NCBI GenBank assembly: GCA_964187785.1
Contig: OZ076409.1
Coordinates: 43,836,001 to 43,900,000 of the forward strand
DNA from: Amphiscolops sp. MND2022
Taxonomy: Eukaryota
DNA: 64,000 bases
Reading direction: 5' to 3'
The notes under the pieces were generated by a model. That model saw only the letters and a list, made by a program, of their open reading frames with translations, was not told where the DNA came from and made no database searches. Positions 8,783 through 19,153 of this stretch are shown one piece after another (position 1 is the stretch's first letter; every line of letters starts with the position of its first letter). The translations under genes were made by a program, and so were the position numbers.

Positions 8783-9949
8783 TTAAATCTTGATGATTTG
8801 AATTGTGAATGTGAGTGTCTCGTTGTTGAAATCTACTGGGTTGTGGTTGGAGTCTTCAAGAAAAAATTGTATCTGGTCTAATCTTGTTTTGTTTATCTTT
8901 TTGTACAAAACAGTAGTCGGATTATTTATAATTTTATATCCCGGAGGAGCACTAAGATTAAAACTAAACAGGATTTGTTCTCTAATTCCATTAACAATTG
9001 AACCATCTACGCAGTCGCACTTCAGGTGAACTTTATCGGTGGTCGTTATCATAACTGGTTTCTCTGAAGTGTGAGTTCCGGGTGGGTAATCCTTGTTTGT
9101 AAATCCCAAAAGAATGTTAAGTCTGGAGTTAAAATGAATAGAGTTTGAGGTTGTTAAAACTGATTTCATTGATATTGTGTCGGGTATTATATCAATTTTA
9201 AAATCATAATCACTTTCATGAATTTTTTGTTTAATTGCATTATTTATATCAACTAGTTCATAAACTCCTGGTGTTAGTTGTATTCCAAAGAAATCGTTTT
9301 CAATAATTTCAAAGGGGGGTAAATTTATTTGATTTATTTGGTTTATTTCTTCTTGGTTTATTTCATCCAAATTTATTTCCTCCCAATTTATTTCGTCCCA
9401 ATTTATTTTTTCAAGTTTTAGGTGGTCTTTGTATGCTTGAATTATTCTTTCTTGATTGAGGCGTTCTTTATATATTTGATTAAGTGATTCAATTATCTTT
9501 GTTAAATAGGTAAAATCTACTCTAGTAAGTTTCTTCTTTTTAGAATAACTATTAGTTATAAGTTTATTAACCTTTTCTATAAATTCATTATACTTATAAG
9601 GTTTAACAAAATAGGCCTTATATAAATCTTCGACAGACACTAATAATTCACTGTCAAGGTTAAGTTCTTTGAGTTGTTGATCATTCAGAACAATCTCTAG
9701 TTTGTTATTGCTATTAGTGATATTATAAACTGTATTATAGACTTCTAAACTTGTTACTCCCATCATCCAATTTTCATTTAGTTGGAGAGGAACATCGAAT
9801 GAAAAAGATTCTTTTTGTTTAGTCATTTTAAATTCTAGAGTTTCTTGTGGTTTCGAATGAGTATTTTCAACAATTTCTTGATTAGATTTAGCAATATTCA
9901 GCAAAAGAGATTCCTTTTTATCATAAGTTACAAAGTTTGATAGATCCAT
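8783..9949 (-). CDS. Minor capsid protein / penton (PX) with large internal insertion
   Basis: HLKCDCVDGSIVNG..ILFSF...PPGYKI...P...LY...DFNNETLTF C-terminal jelly-roll signature. Confidence 0.85.
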   Translation of the reverse strand: MDLSNFVTYDKKESLLLNIAKSNQEIVENTHSKPQETLEFKMTKQKESFSFDVPLQLNENWMMGVTSLEVYNTVYNITNSNNKLEIVLNDQQLKELNLDSELLVSVEDLYKAYFVKPYKYNEFIEKVNKLITNSYSKKKKLTRVDFTYLTKIIESLNQIYKERLNQERIIQAYKDHLKLEKINWDEINWEEINLDEINQEEINQINQINLPPFEIIENDFFGIQLTPGVYELVDINNAIKQKIHESDYDFKIDIIPDTISMKSVLTTSNSIHFNSRLNILLGFTNKDYPPGTHTSEKPVMITTTDKVHLKCDCVDGSIVNGIREQILFSFNLSAPPGYKIINNPTTVLYKKINKTRLDQIQFFLEDSNHNPVDFNNETLTFTIQIIKI

Positions 9950-9952
9950 TTA

Positions 9953-10120
9953 TTATGCATGAAAGTGTTTAAATCCACTAGCAGCTATGTTATTTATAAA
10001 TTCTTGTCTATCTTTTGATAATTTTTTCTCATTCGGAATACCATTCGTATTATTATTTTTTGAATGATCTTTTGGATATATGACTTTAAACTGAGCTGAA
10101 TAAGTATTAATTTTCTTCAT
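9953..10120 (-). CDS. 55-aa hypothetical protein
   Basis: MKKINTYSAQF...AASGFKHFHA fills the penton-protease gap exactly and has a TAAATG start. Confidence 0.55.
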   Translation of the reverse strand: MKKINTYSAQFKVIYPKDHSKNNNTNGIPNEKKLSKDRQEFINNIAASGFKHFHA

Positions 10121-10123
10121 TTA

Positions 10124-10534
10124 TTAATGACAAAATGTCTGATAGTATAAACTTAAAACTGCATTTTTAAAGCCTATACTTTGTGTAAGATATAAAACAT
10201 ATAAACAATACGCTGCGCAATAGCTATCATTTTTTTGAATTTGATATTCTGAGTATTGACCAATATTAAGATAGTTGAGTATGTTTATTGGAGGTGGGCA
10301 GCCATATGAATCGAAGTAATATTCCTTAATAAACATGACCCAGTGTGTTCCCACTGAGGGGTGTAAATTTACAATTCCTGAATCAGTTGTAAATTTATCA
10401 TCTCTCATGTACACTTTACAGGAATCATGAATTTGTCTATTTATTATGTCTAGTATACCTTTTATTTTTACATTAGAAGTTGCTTCGTTTTTTAATCCAT
10501 ATTTCTTGACAAATTCTTTGAATGTTAAATTCAT
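10124..10534 (-). CDS. Adenain-like cysteine (maturation) protease
   Basis: GTHWV (His), YFDSYG (Asp), IQKNDSYC (Gln/Cys). Confidence 0.92.
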   Translation of the reverse strand: MNLTFKEFVKKYGLKNEATSNVKIKGILDIINRQIHDSCKVYMRDDKFTTDSGIVNLHPSVGTHWVMFIKEYYFDSYGCPPPINILNYLNIGQYSEYQIQKNDSYCAAYCLYVLYLTQSIGFKNAVLSLYYQTFCH

Positions 10535-11170
10535 TCTTTATTTAATTGGACATGAAAATGTCTATGACTAAAAAATACAAGACACATAGGCATGCGCAAT
10601 GGTAAACCTACACTGATAATCACAGACTACATGTTTTAAATTTGAATAGTATTATCAACGTTTATTTGGTTATAAGCATATTGGCGTCTCGTGTTTGTTT
10701 TGAGCCGGCACATCATGAAGTGAAACGCGACTATAATACTGACTCTTTTTTCGAATCCACACGAAAACATTCAGTAACTAGATAAAAGAGTATTACAAAT
10801 GTTCCAATTAAAGGGGGTGTCTTTCTTCCACAGCAACAGAACCAAAAAGTCAGTCGTTATATGTTTTCCCGAATAATACAGAAAATTGTCAAAAGATACA
10901 AATAAAATGATTATATGCAACACAGTATTGTGTGCTGAAAATGGCAACCTTTATTTGGTGAACAAAAAACATAAAATTCGATTGTCTTTTTTCATCAGTA
11001 TTCTTCCACCTTAGTAGATTTATTCAATTCTGTACAGTTATTCTAGAAAAAACTGAAAATTTGAATATATTTTTTCCGGTGTATTTTATACATTATACAT
11101 GATTATACACAATATTATGATATGACCGCCAACCTGCGACTATTACCATGGTAAGATGGTAAGTCCTATC

Positions 11171-11285
11171 CTTAAACATGTGGATATAGGCTATAATGTA
11201 TAAATCTCCGTTCAACGGATACTTAAACATGTGGAGATAGGCTATAATGTATAAGTCTCGTTTCAACTGATACTAAAACATTGTG
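11171..11285. repeat. 51-bp tandem repeat, ~2 copies
   Basis: CTTAAACATGTGGAnATAGGCTATAATGTATAA at 11171 and 11222. Confidence 0.85.
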
Positions 11286-11334
11286 ACCATAGACTAAATT
11301 CATTTCAAACTCACCAAACAGATAGAGGGGAATA

Positions 11335-12075
11335 TTAAATTTTAATGTTTTCACAGGCGTCTTCAAAAGAGCCATCTTGCTCTAAGAATTCCTTTAAACT
11401 GACTGCCAACCTCGTTTTCATGCTTTCGTCATCTTTTATCGCCCCTTTGAATTGATTTGTGAATTTGAACCATTCTGCTTTGGTTGCTCCGGATATGAGC
11501 ACTCTCGGGTACAGTTCCACCAGATCGTAAAACTGAATATGGTTGTTCACCGTCGTGTATGAGAGTTTCTGTCCAGCGAGATATTCTCTCCATGTGATAT
11601 TTTTCAGGAGACAATCTTCTTTCATTTTGGAATAAATGAAACCTCGGTCAGCAGCAAGAAACAGCAACACTCGGTTGGCTTGACCTTCAAATTTGTAAAT
11701 TTGCGAGATATAGCGCTTGTAGTACATCGGATCAAAGCTGTCATAGAGACTTGTCTTGAATTGGAGATACTCACCTGATGAAAACATCAAGCTGTCCATT
11801 CTGTCTGATTCCTCATATGCGTGAAGCTCGTTTCTGAATGTTGAGAAGAAGGCTTCAAAATTTGGTGCGCCCGATGTGGTTTGATTTGTGGGTTTATCAT
11901 CTTCAATCTTGATATTGTTAGAGAGCTGATCCATTTTGCCTAGAGCAATGGTGATATTTGCCTTCTCTTCTTCTGTCAGTTGGTCTGCCACACCTGCCAA
12001 AACAGCCTCCTGACGGGATCCGAGTTTCTTTATTTTTTTGGCAAGGTTGATATTCGTTTTGAGATTGTCACTCAT
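11335..12075 (-). CDS. 246-aa accessory protein of unknown function
   Basis: Uninterrupted ORF from ATG at 12075, visibly less AT-rich than the core genes; no counterpart in element B. Confidence 0.75.
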   Translation of the reverse strand: MSDNLKTNINLAKKIKKLGSRQEAVLAGVADQLTEEEKANITIALGKMDQLSNNIKIEDDKPTNQTTSGAPNFEAFFSTFRNELHAYEESDRMDSLMFSSGEYLQFKTSLYDSFDPMYYKRYISQIYKFEGQANRVLLFLAADRGFIYSKMKEDCLLKNITWREYLAGQKLSYTTVNNHIQFYDLVELYPRVLISGATKAEWFKFTNQFKGAIKDDESMKTRLAVSLKEFLEQDGSFEDACENIKI

Positions 12076-12133
12076 GTTGATAAGAGAGTGTGGCGACTGA
12101 GTTGTAATTAATAATACAAATGAATGTTTGGAG

Positions 12134-12463
12134 GATTCATGCAATGGTTTGCTATCCACCTATCCATACCTAGGAGCGCGCGTAATTCAAAAATCGCACA
12201 TGCTCAAATAACTAGCATGGTCAAATTAGATTTTTTGATTCGTGCAATGGTTTGCTATCCGCTTATCCATACCTAGGAGCCCGCGTAATTCAAAAATCGC
12301 ACATGCTCAAATAACTAGCATGGTCAAATTAGATTTTTTGATTCGTGCAATGGTTTGCTATCCACCTATCCATACCTAGGAGCGCGCGTAATTCAAAAAT
12401 CGCACATGCTCAAATAACTAGCATGGTCAAATAACCAGCATGGTCAAATTAGATTTTTTGATT
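12134..12463. repeat. 103-bp tandem repeat x3
   Basis: GATTCrTGCAATGGTTTGCTATCC... at 12134, 12237 and 12340. Confidence 0.93.
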
Positions 12464-12700
12464 TTATCTTGTTTCAAATGAATGCGTTTGGTGATGGGTT
12501 TTGTTAACTACTCGGCGGATTTTGCTCATCGACATCTCTTTTTACTCGTATGGAAGAGAGGATCACAATGGTGAAAACCCCATCTCTTAAAACCCAGTAG
12601 AAGTGGAGATAATTTTTGAAAATGTTGGGTGTTTTTATTGATTTTTGGTGTAATTAAATTCACTTCAGTGCTCAAGTTTTTCTCGTTTCTTTTTAATTGT

Positions 12701-12898
12701 TTTGAAAATCAATATTTACATCTACCTTCTAAACTAATTGGCAGTCTGGAAGAATTTCGTTTGAAAATCAATATTTACATCTACCTTCTCAACTAATTAG
12801 CAGTCTGAAAGAATTTCTTTTGAAAATCAATATTTACATCTACCTTCTCAACTAATTAGCAGTCTGAAAAAATTTCTTTTGAAAATCAATATTTACAT
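12701..12898. repeat. 59-bp tandem repeat x3.4
   Basis: TTTGAAAATCAATATTTACAT at 12701, 12760, 12819 and 12878. Confidence 0.93.
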
Positions 12899-13029
12899 TT
12901 ACAGAGTGAAATTCATAGAAATTTAGCAGTTCAAAAGAATTTCAGCTTTATTCTAAAACATGGTTAGTAGAGTATTACCAAAGTAGTGTAAGAAATCGTA
13001 TTTAACGATAGGTGTAAGGATGGTAAAGA

Positions 13030-13163
13030 AGTAGTGTATATAATCGTATTTGACGTTAGCGCGAAGTAGCCATGAGCGAAGCGAATGGCGAAGCAAGGGG
13101 GCGAACGAAGTGAGCCAGCTTGCGCCCTTCGCGCTGGCGTCAAATACGATTATATACACTACT
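13030..13163. repeat. Terminal fold-back hairpin of Maverick A right TIR
   Basis: AGTAGTGTATATAATCGTATTTGACG (13030-13055) and its exact reverse complement (13138-13163). Confidence 0.95.
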
Positions 13164-15109
13164 GATTCCCCCTTCAGTTTCTTTTGATACTTTGCAACAA
13201 ATGGGTTGTTAAAAAGCCCAAAGAGTTCTTGTACACTTTTCGGCATTGTGGGAATTTTTTTAAATGTCTTTAAATTCTCAGTTTCCTCAATTAGCCTAGT
13301 ACGCCATATACGAACGTTTGACGTTATATCCGAAACAAATTGCGTTTCATCAAAGAGTTGGTCGACGCTCGAAAATGATGCGCTACGTCCGAACTTTCGA
13401 CGTTACTTTCGACGCGTTTTTCTAAAGAGGAAGCGAAGGATCAATAAAGCGTTCCCATGTAAGCCAGCACAGCACGCTATTATCAAACTTTTGAAGCACG
13501 AAAGGCACCCTTTGGTTGTTTCAAAACTTTGTTTTGAGTCTTTCATGAAAAAGTCCAGGGCATATTTTTAAAACTTTGCGCTTCTTCAGCCTTTAGTATA
13601 GCGCCGACTTTAGATGTTCCATCTTGTTTAGTATCTTGGATCGAAAAGGTTATTGGTAAAGATAACACTTTATCTGAGCACCTTTAGTTTCACACCACCA
13701 CATTTCAATAATGAACACCACCCGTGTTTCACTGGTATACGTGCATCAACGTTTTAAAATTTTTGAGCGTTAAAATTCAACTCAGCTGTTTGAACGGAGT
13801 AATCACTAACAGTTAAAACTATTTGAACTAATTAAAACTCAAACTATTTCGCCGTGGAACCCTATTCAAGCAAAAACACGATCATGTTCGTCAAGTTCCA
13901 TATAAGACACAAAGCTAAAAAGCGTTAAGTTCAATTTTTTGAAGTTATATCTGAAAGTTTATTGTTATAAACCGAATAGACAAAACCAGTGAACTTGAAT
14001 TTGAAAGACAAACCAAAAATTTTTAGTCTGAGCGGGATTCGAGCACATGTGAACGACAATTGGCTAACTGAACTTTTAATTTGAAATGTTTTGTACAGCA
14101 GAAAAGATTGATGAGAAAAATTTCAAAAAGACACCTTTTGAAACTAAAAGTTTTCATTGGTTCGAGGATTGGAAAAAAAAGAAACATGGAATAAGCAAAT
14201 TTCATGGATTTGCTCGGCGGGTTTCTGGCTACTTAAAAAAACCATTCCTGTATAGTTAATGTTTTTTTGCATGCTGTTACCCACAAACGCATATGCGTCG
14301 AATTTTTAATATTTTATCTATGTAACGACAAACTATATTCATAAAATGTTGTCAGAAGCAGACAGTTTGAAGCAGAACAGAACGACCAAAGGCAAAATTG
14401 TAAAAAGAAAGTTGTGAACGACTATGGAAACAATCGGAAATGGATGGAAATTGACTTTTCCCTGGAACTTGAACCTCACATAAACCCTTGTGAATAATTC
14501 TTGTCGTTTTTGAATCTATGTCATGTTAGAAAAGTTACTTTATTCAGTGAATAATTGAAATTACAAAAATAACTAATATCAGAGAATCAGTGAATTTGAG
14601 GCCATCACTCCAGTTTGCTCTAAGCTGTTTGGAGGTCATTTTTGGACACATAATTGCAAGCCTCCGTGAAGTTGACCTGGATTTTCCCGTCGACTTTGGA
14701 CGGCGCCCACTGTTTTTCTTGGCGCTCATTTCCCTGCTTCTCGGTATGTTTTTGGTATCCGCTGTACTGTTCGTATATGCAATTGCAGTTCACTCGCAAA
14801 ATCTTCTGGGAGACAGTTTTCCAGTAATTTTTTTATTATTGAGTTTCCGCATTTCTATGGATGTCTATTTGAAACCTATTTAATAGAAGACAAAATGCAG
14901 AATACTATATTAAAACGTTTTTGGTAAGGTTGGCAATAACGTGAATTTTGAGTTTCATGAAACAAAATTTCGAAACCAATTGAGCTCTAACTGGGACCAT
15001 CAGATTGGAATGAACATGCAATGCTGAAAAGAGATGACAAGAATTATTCACAAGGCTTAATTTTTCATTTGACTGTTTTCATCGATATTGTTATTTTCCG
15101 CCCACATAT

Positions 15110-15360
15110 GATGGGGGAGCAAAATCTTGATTTGTGACGCGTTTTTTCCAAATTCTGCCAAATCTCCACGATCTCCATGGCTCCCAAGTTGCTCATCCCC
15201 AAACGACTCACAACGTTCTCCCACTACTTGACTATTTTATATAGTTACTTGACTATTTTAGTTACTTAAACTGGCAGACACGAGGTCGTCGGTTCGAATC
15301 CGGGCTGATGCGTTACATTTTTAGCGGAAAATACTCCGGTGCTCAGCGGGCGTCTTGTTC
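15110..15360 (+). repeat. Dispersed repeat containing a tRNA-like B box; related copy at ~50003..50320
   Basis: Shared ends ATGGGGGAG...CCAAATTCTGCCAAA and CCGGTGCTyAGCGGGCGTCTTGTT; GGTTCGAATCC near 15290. Confidence 0.55.
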
Positions 15361-16017
15361 TGAATAGGGCATTTTGTGTGAATCTCTCGAAAAGCCGCGT
15401 CCTGACTGTTTTTGATTATTAGAACGTTACAATTCGTTTAACTTTGGGATGAATACACCTTATTCAGCGAAATTGCATGTTTACTGATGTACTTTCACCT
15501 ATTCAATAATGTTTTTGCTCAGCTTCAATTTTGCTACGAACTAAGAAAACAGTAGGAAGGTACGTAGTAGTCAGAGAATGATATTAAGGTGCTTGAGGTA
15601 GTCAGATCCCACTTCGAGGTCTCTTTTGCCCGAGGTTCAGCTTTTGTTTTGAGGGCATTGTACAGCCCTTCTCTAACTTAATTAGAGCTAATAAGGCATC
15701 CGAAGATTACTCTCTTTTGTACGCGGGCAACACTTTTTCAATTCAAAAAATTACTCCTATCTTTCAAAGAAAACGTAACTCACGCAGATGTTTCCCCCAA
15801 TTTGCACCGTCGGAGACAATATACGCATTAGCAGGACAAGTTGCGACAAAAACATTTTATGGAAGAGTAAATTTTTTCCAACAGAAATTTTATTCATATA
15901 CCAGGTAGTTTCAGTTTTTGTTCGCAAACTTTGTTAGTCGATCTATTCCAAAACTTAACTTCAACAAGAATATTTCGCGGTGAAAACTTGTGAACAACTT
16001 ATTACTTTTAAAAAATC

Positions 16018-16123
16018 GTTCCATTACTCCTTTTCCACAAGCTTTTGCTAAGCTCTCATATGAGTAATTGCAATTACTCATATGAGAGCTTAGCAAAAGC
16101 TTGTGGAAAAGGAGTAATGGAAC
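16018..16123. repeat. 106-bp perfect spacerless palindrome
   Basis: Checked base by base; centre at 16070/16071. Confidence 0.98.
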
Positions 16124-19100
16124 CATGGTCACGTGGCATTCTTGAAAAAAATGCGTTCCCTCCTACCGGTAAGATAACAGGCCAGTTCCGTAAGAGCACA
16201 GTAGTAAGGCGCCACTTGACCGGTAATTAAAAGTGTGAGCTTATTGCGCATTACTAGAAGCAATTACACGCCGGAGAGTACAATGGATGAAGTTTTCGAA
16301 TGATATCATTTTTTAATGATCAATTTGATTGATATCACAACAAAGCTTCTTTTTGGGCATTGTGCCTTAGGTGCTTCGTGCCTTTAAGTCCTGGACTAAA
16401 CGAACTCCTTAGATTTTCTTGGTAGCAGTAGCGTCCTTGGCAATGTTCAAGTTACATCAGGACTTGATGAAATTGCTTCTAAAAAGTCAATTTGTTTGTT
16501 CGATATATTTAGTTTCTCGAAGTTACTACTTGAAGAGAATGAAGAGAATGGGTTTGGAAAACTGAAACTTCTTACCTCCATACTACGTGGTTTCCAAAGA
16601 CTCCTCACTCTTTGATAAACTGGTTTCCCAAACACTTCACAAAGTTCCACTTTTTGTCTGGGTTTAATGAAGAGAAAAAATGCGCTTTGAGAATTGGGAG
16701 CAGATTTATGCGTACAGACTTAGAAGACTTCGGTTATTCTCAATTTCAGTTTCAATGCTTTATTGTCGTCTGTAACTGACTAAACGGCTGTTTCTTTTAA
16801 AACTGTTTTTCGTTTCAAATTTCCACCAATTAAATTATTGCAGTGTCACAATTCTGGGGTAGGGAATGCTCGAATAATGCAAAGGTAAGCGGCACTCAAT
16901 TGTAGGCAGATGAATCTATGGAGTAATGATGGCAACAAAAAGCAGCGAATGCATGAATGTGTAGCGATGACGAGCACGAAATGATTTGAGAAATCAAAAG
17001 CTTGTGTCTATTTACGTCATTAAAAGTAATAGTGTATTGGATACAGCATCAAAGCTGACACGAAACGAGAGAGGCAGGCGAGAGATGCAAGGGTACTGAC
17101 TGTAACAGGCGGGCATGGACTGGTAGATAGAGGGTAGGGGTAGCAAAGAGGCAACAGGAAGGGGAACTTCGAGCAGCGGCGAGAAAGGCCGCAGCAGCAA
17201 CGTTTTTAACTAGTTGTAGTTGTTTTTTTTACAATTGCCATCGGCAAAGACACAGCAACTAATTTCAGTTTCATTTGCAGCACCATTTTTTGCACGATTT
17301 ATTCACGTGATTGCATAATAAGGTCTTGATGGCAACTTCCGTTTTGTGACCGCCCGCCAAACCGCTCGACACGGAGATTGCAAAGAACAGTAAGAGTTGC
17401 AAGCGTTTTGTGAGAAACTGCAGCAGCAATTATTATCAACAAATGTTCGATTGAAAGTGCCATTATCTTCAAAATATGTTTGAAATTTATGATTAATTTG
17501 AATAGTGCTACGTACGTGCGTTCACGACAAAGCAAATATACAAGCACCCCTTAAGTGATGAAAATGTAATCGAAATTTGGCGTCCTTGGCAGCTAAGTAC
17601 CAACCGCGCAACCTTGAAAGGGGAACAATTTATTAGAAAAGCGCGGTTACTGGAAGCGATGGCGTGAAAATTCTTGAATGCTCAGAAATGGGGTTTCTAA
17701 GGTCACTACCTTCAAGGCAATGGTAGATATTTGTACTAGAACCTCGAACCTAAACTTCCCCGATTACGCGAGCTCAGTATTTATCTATCCTCACTGCTCT
17801 CAAAATGAATCATTAGGTTGAATAAATTTATTTAAATTCCACATCGATCCTAACAGTACAACACTGCCTTCAGAAAACAGAAGAGACCTTCGAACAAAAC
17901 ATTAATGGATACAAAGGTTCGAAAAGTCTTTTTGAGTTAAGTAGAGGCATTTTTGACAATTTTTCAAAAAGAACAATCGTCATGTGGAAACTAGAAGTTC
18001 TGCGCTAAAGAAGTTTTTTTGCTATTTACCATTTAGAACAGAATGTTGGTTTTTTCAGAAAAACGAAATAATGTATTGAAAAACAAAACTTTATAGGAGA
18101 ACAGATTACAATTACTTTTATTCTCAACTGTAACAAGGAGAAGTTGTTAGATGAATTTCATCAAAACGAATTGTTTCGACCAGGTTTGGTCCTCGATGCA
18201 GGTTGTGCTACGATGACCGCAAGGTCGTTAGCCACAGTTGAGTCACTGTTTACAAGGCGATTGGAGTGATTGCGTAGTAGGAGAAAAATGGGACCCGTAT
18301 GATACTACAACCGATTGCACTACAAAAAGCACGAAAACCAAAATGACAAAAAAAATAAAGTTTCCAACGAACATTAATGGTTAGACATGGTCTACAATGA
18401 AACACTGATGCACTTCTACAAAACCTACCAAAAGCATCAATGACAGGTCCATGACAATGCATATGAGAACCTAATGTGTCGTAACATAATTCACTAGTTT
18501 GGGAGTCTACTGAGCTTTCCCTTCGTACAGTACCTTCGGGCAGAAGTGTACAGTATCGGTGAAATCAAATGAAGGTCCTTTCGTTGACGGATCACGTGGA
18601 GGCCATGAAACCCAGAAAGTAGGGAGTTATGATGCTACATATACCGTTTACGTCGCTAAAACTATTGTAAGCTTGATATTTAGGGTGAAACATTACGTCA
18701 CCTGCTACAAGTGATCTAAAAACAGTTACAATAGCAATACTACATGCAAAAAGTTTTAGATGTCAGTGGTTGGTGAAATATTGCAAGATAATTACATAGC
18801 TACGTGCCTTCCAGCTCTGAATTAAATATTTATAAGCAAGATGTAAGGTCAACAAGTAAAGTCCTTTTAGCTACAGCGTGAATGGATGTAACACTAAAAC
18901 AGCAACGTTATTGGTTGATGGGAGTGTGGACAACGTGTCAGCTGGACTGAAGCGTTAGTCCAGTTGAAGACGTTTCCTATCTCACAGTAATTATTTATTT
19001 CGATTGAAACTAGTACCAGCATTTCAACTTGACAAATATAAGAAATGGTAGAGCACTAATTACGAGTAACCTTAAAAAACATGGTCTTTTATAAAACAAA

Positions 19101-19153
19101 TCTGTTTATTTGGTATTAGATTGTGGCAGTCGTGGCAACTTCTGGCCCCAAGC

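Larger units (their letters stand above)
1..13163 (-). mobile_element. Maverick/Polinton element A (left part outside window), largely intact
   Basis: Full Polinton gene set (pPolB, MCP, integrase, ATPase, penton, protease). Right terminus ...ATACACTACT at 13163 reads AGTAGT on the minus strand, as in element B. Predicted TSD GATTCC (13164-13169) cannot be verified because the left end is missing. Confidence 0.95.

Noticed and set aside
15270..15320. Possible tRNA genes (also ~21540, ~61830)
   Set aside because: Only B-box/T-arm similarity; no acceptor stem or full cloverleaf, so treated as SINE-like.
17577..17592. TGGCGTCCTTGGCAG resembling an LTR primer-binding site (similar motif at ~16432)
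   Set aside because: No adjacent LTR end or downstream gag/pol could be identified.
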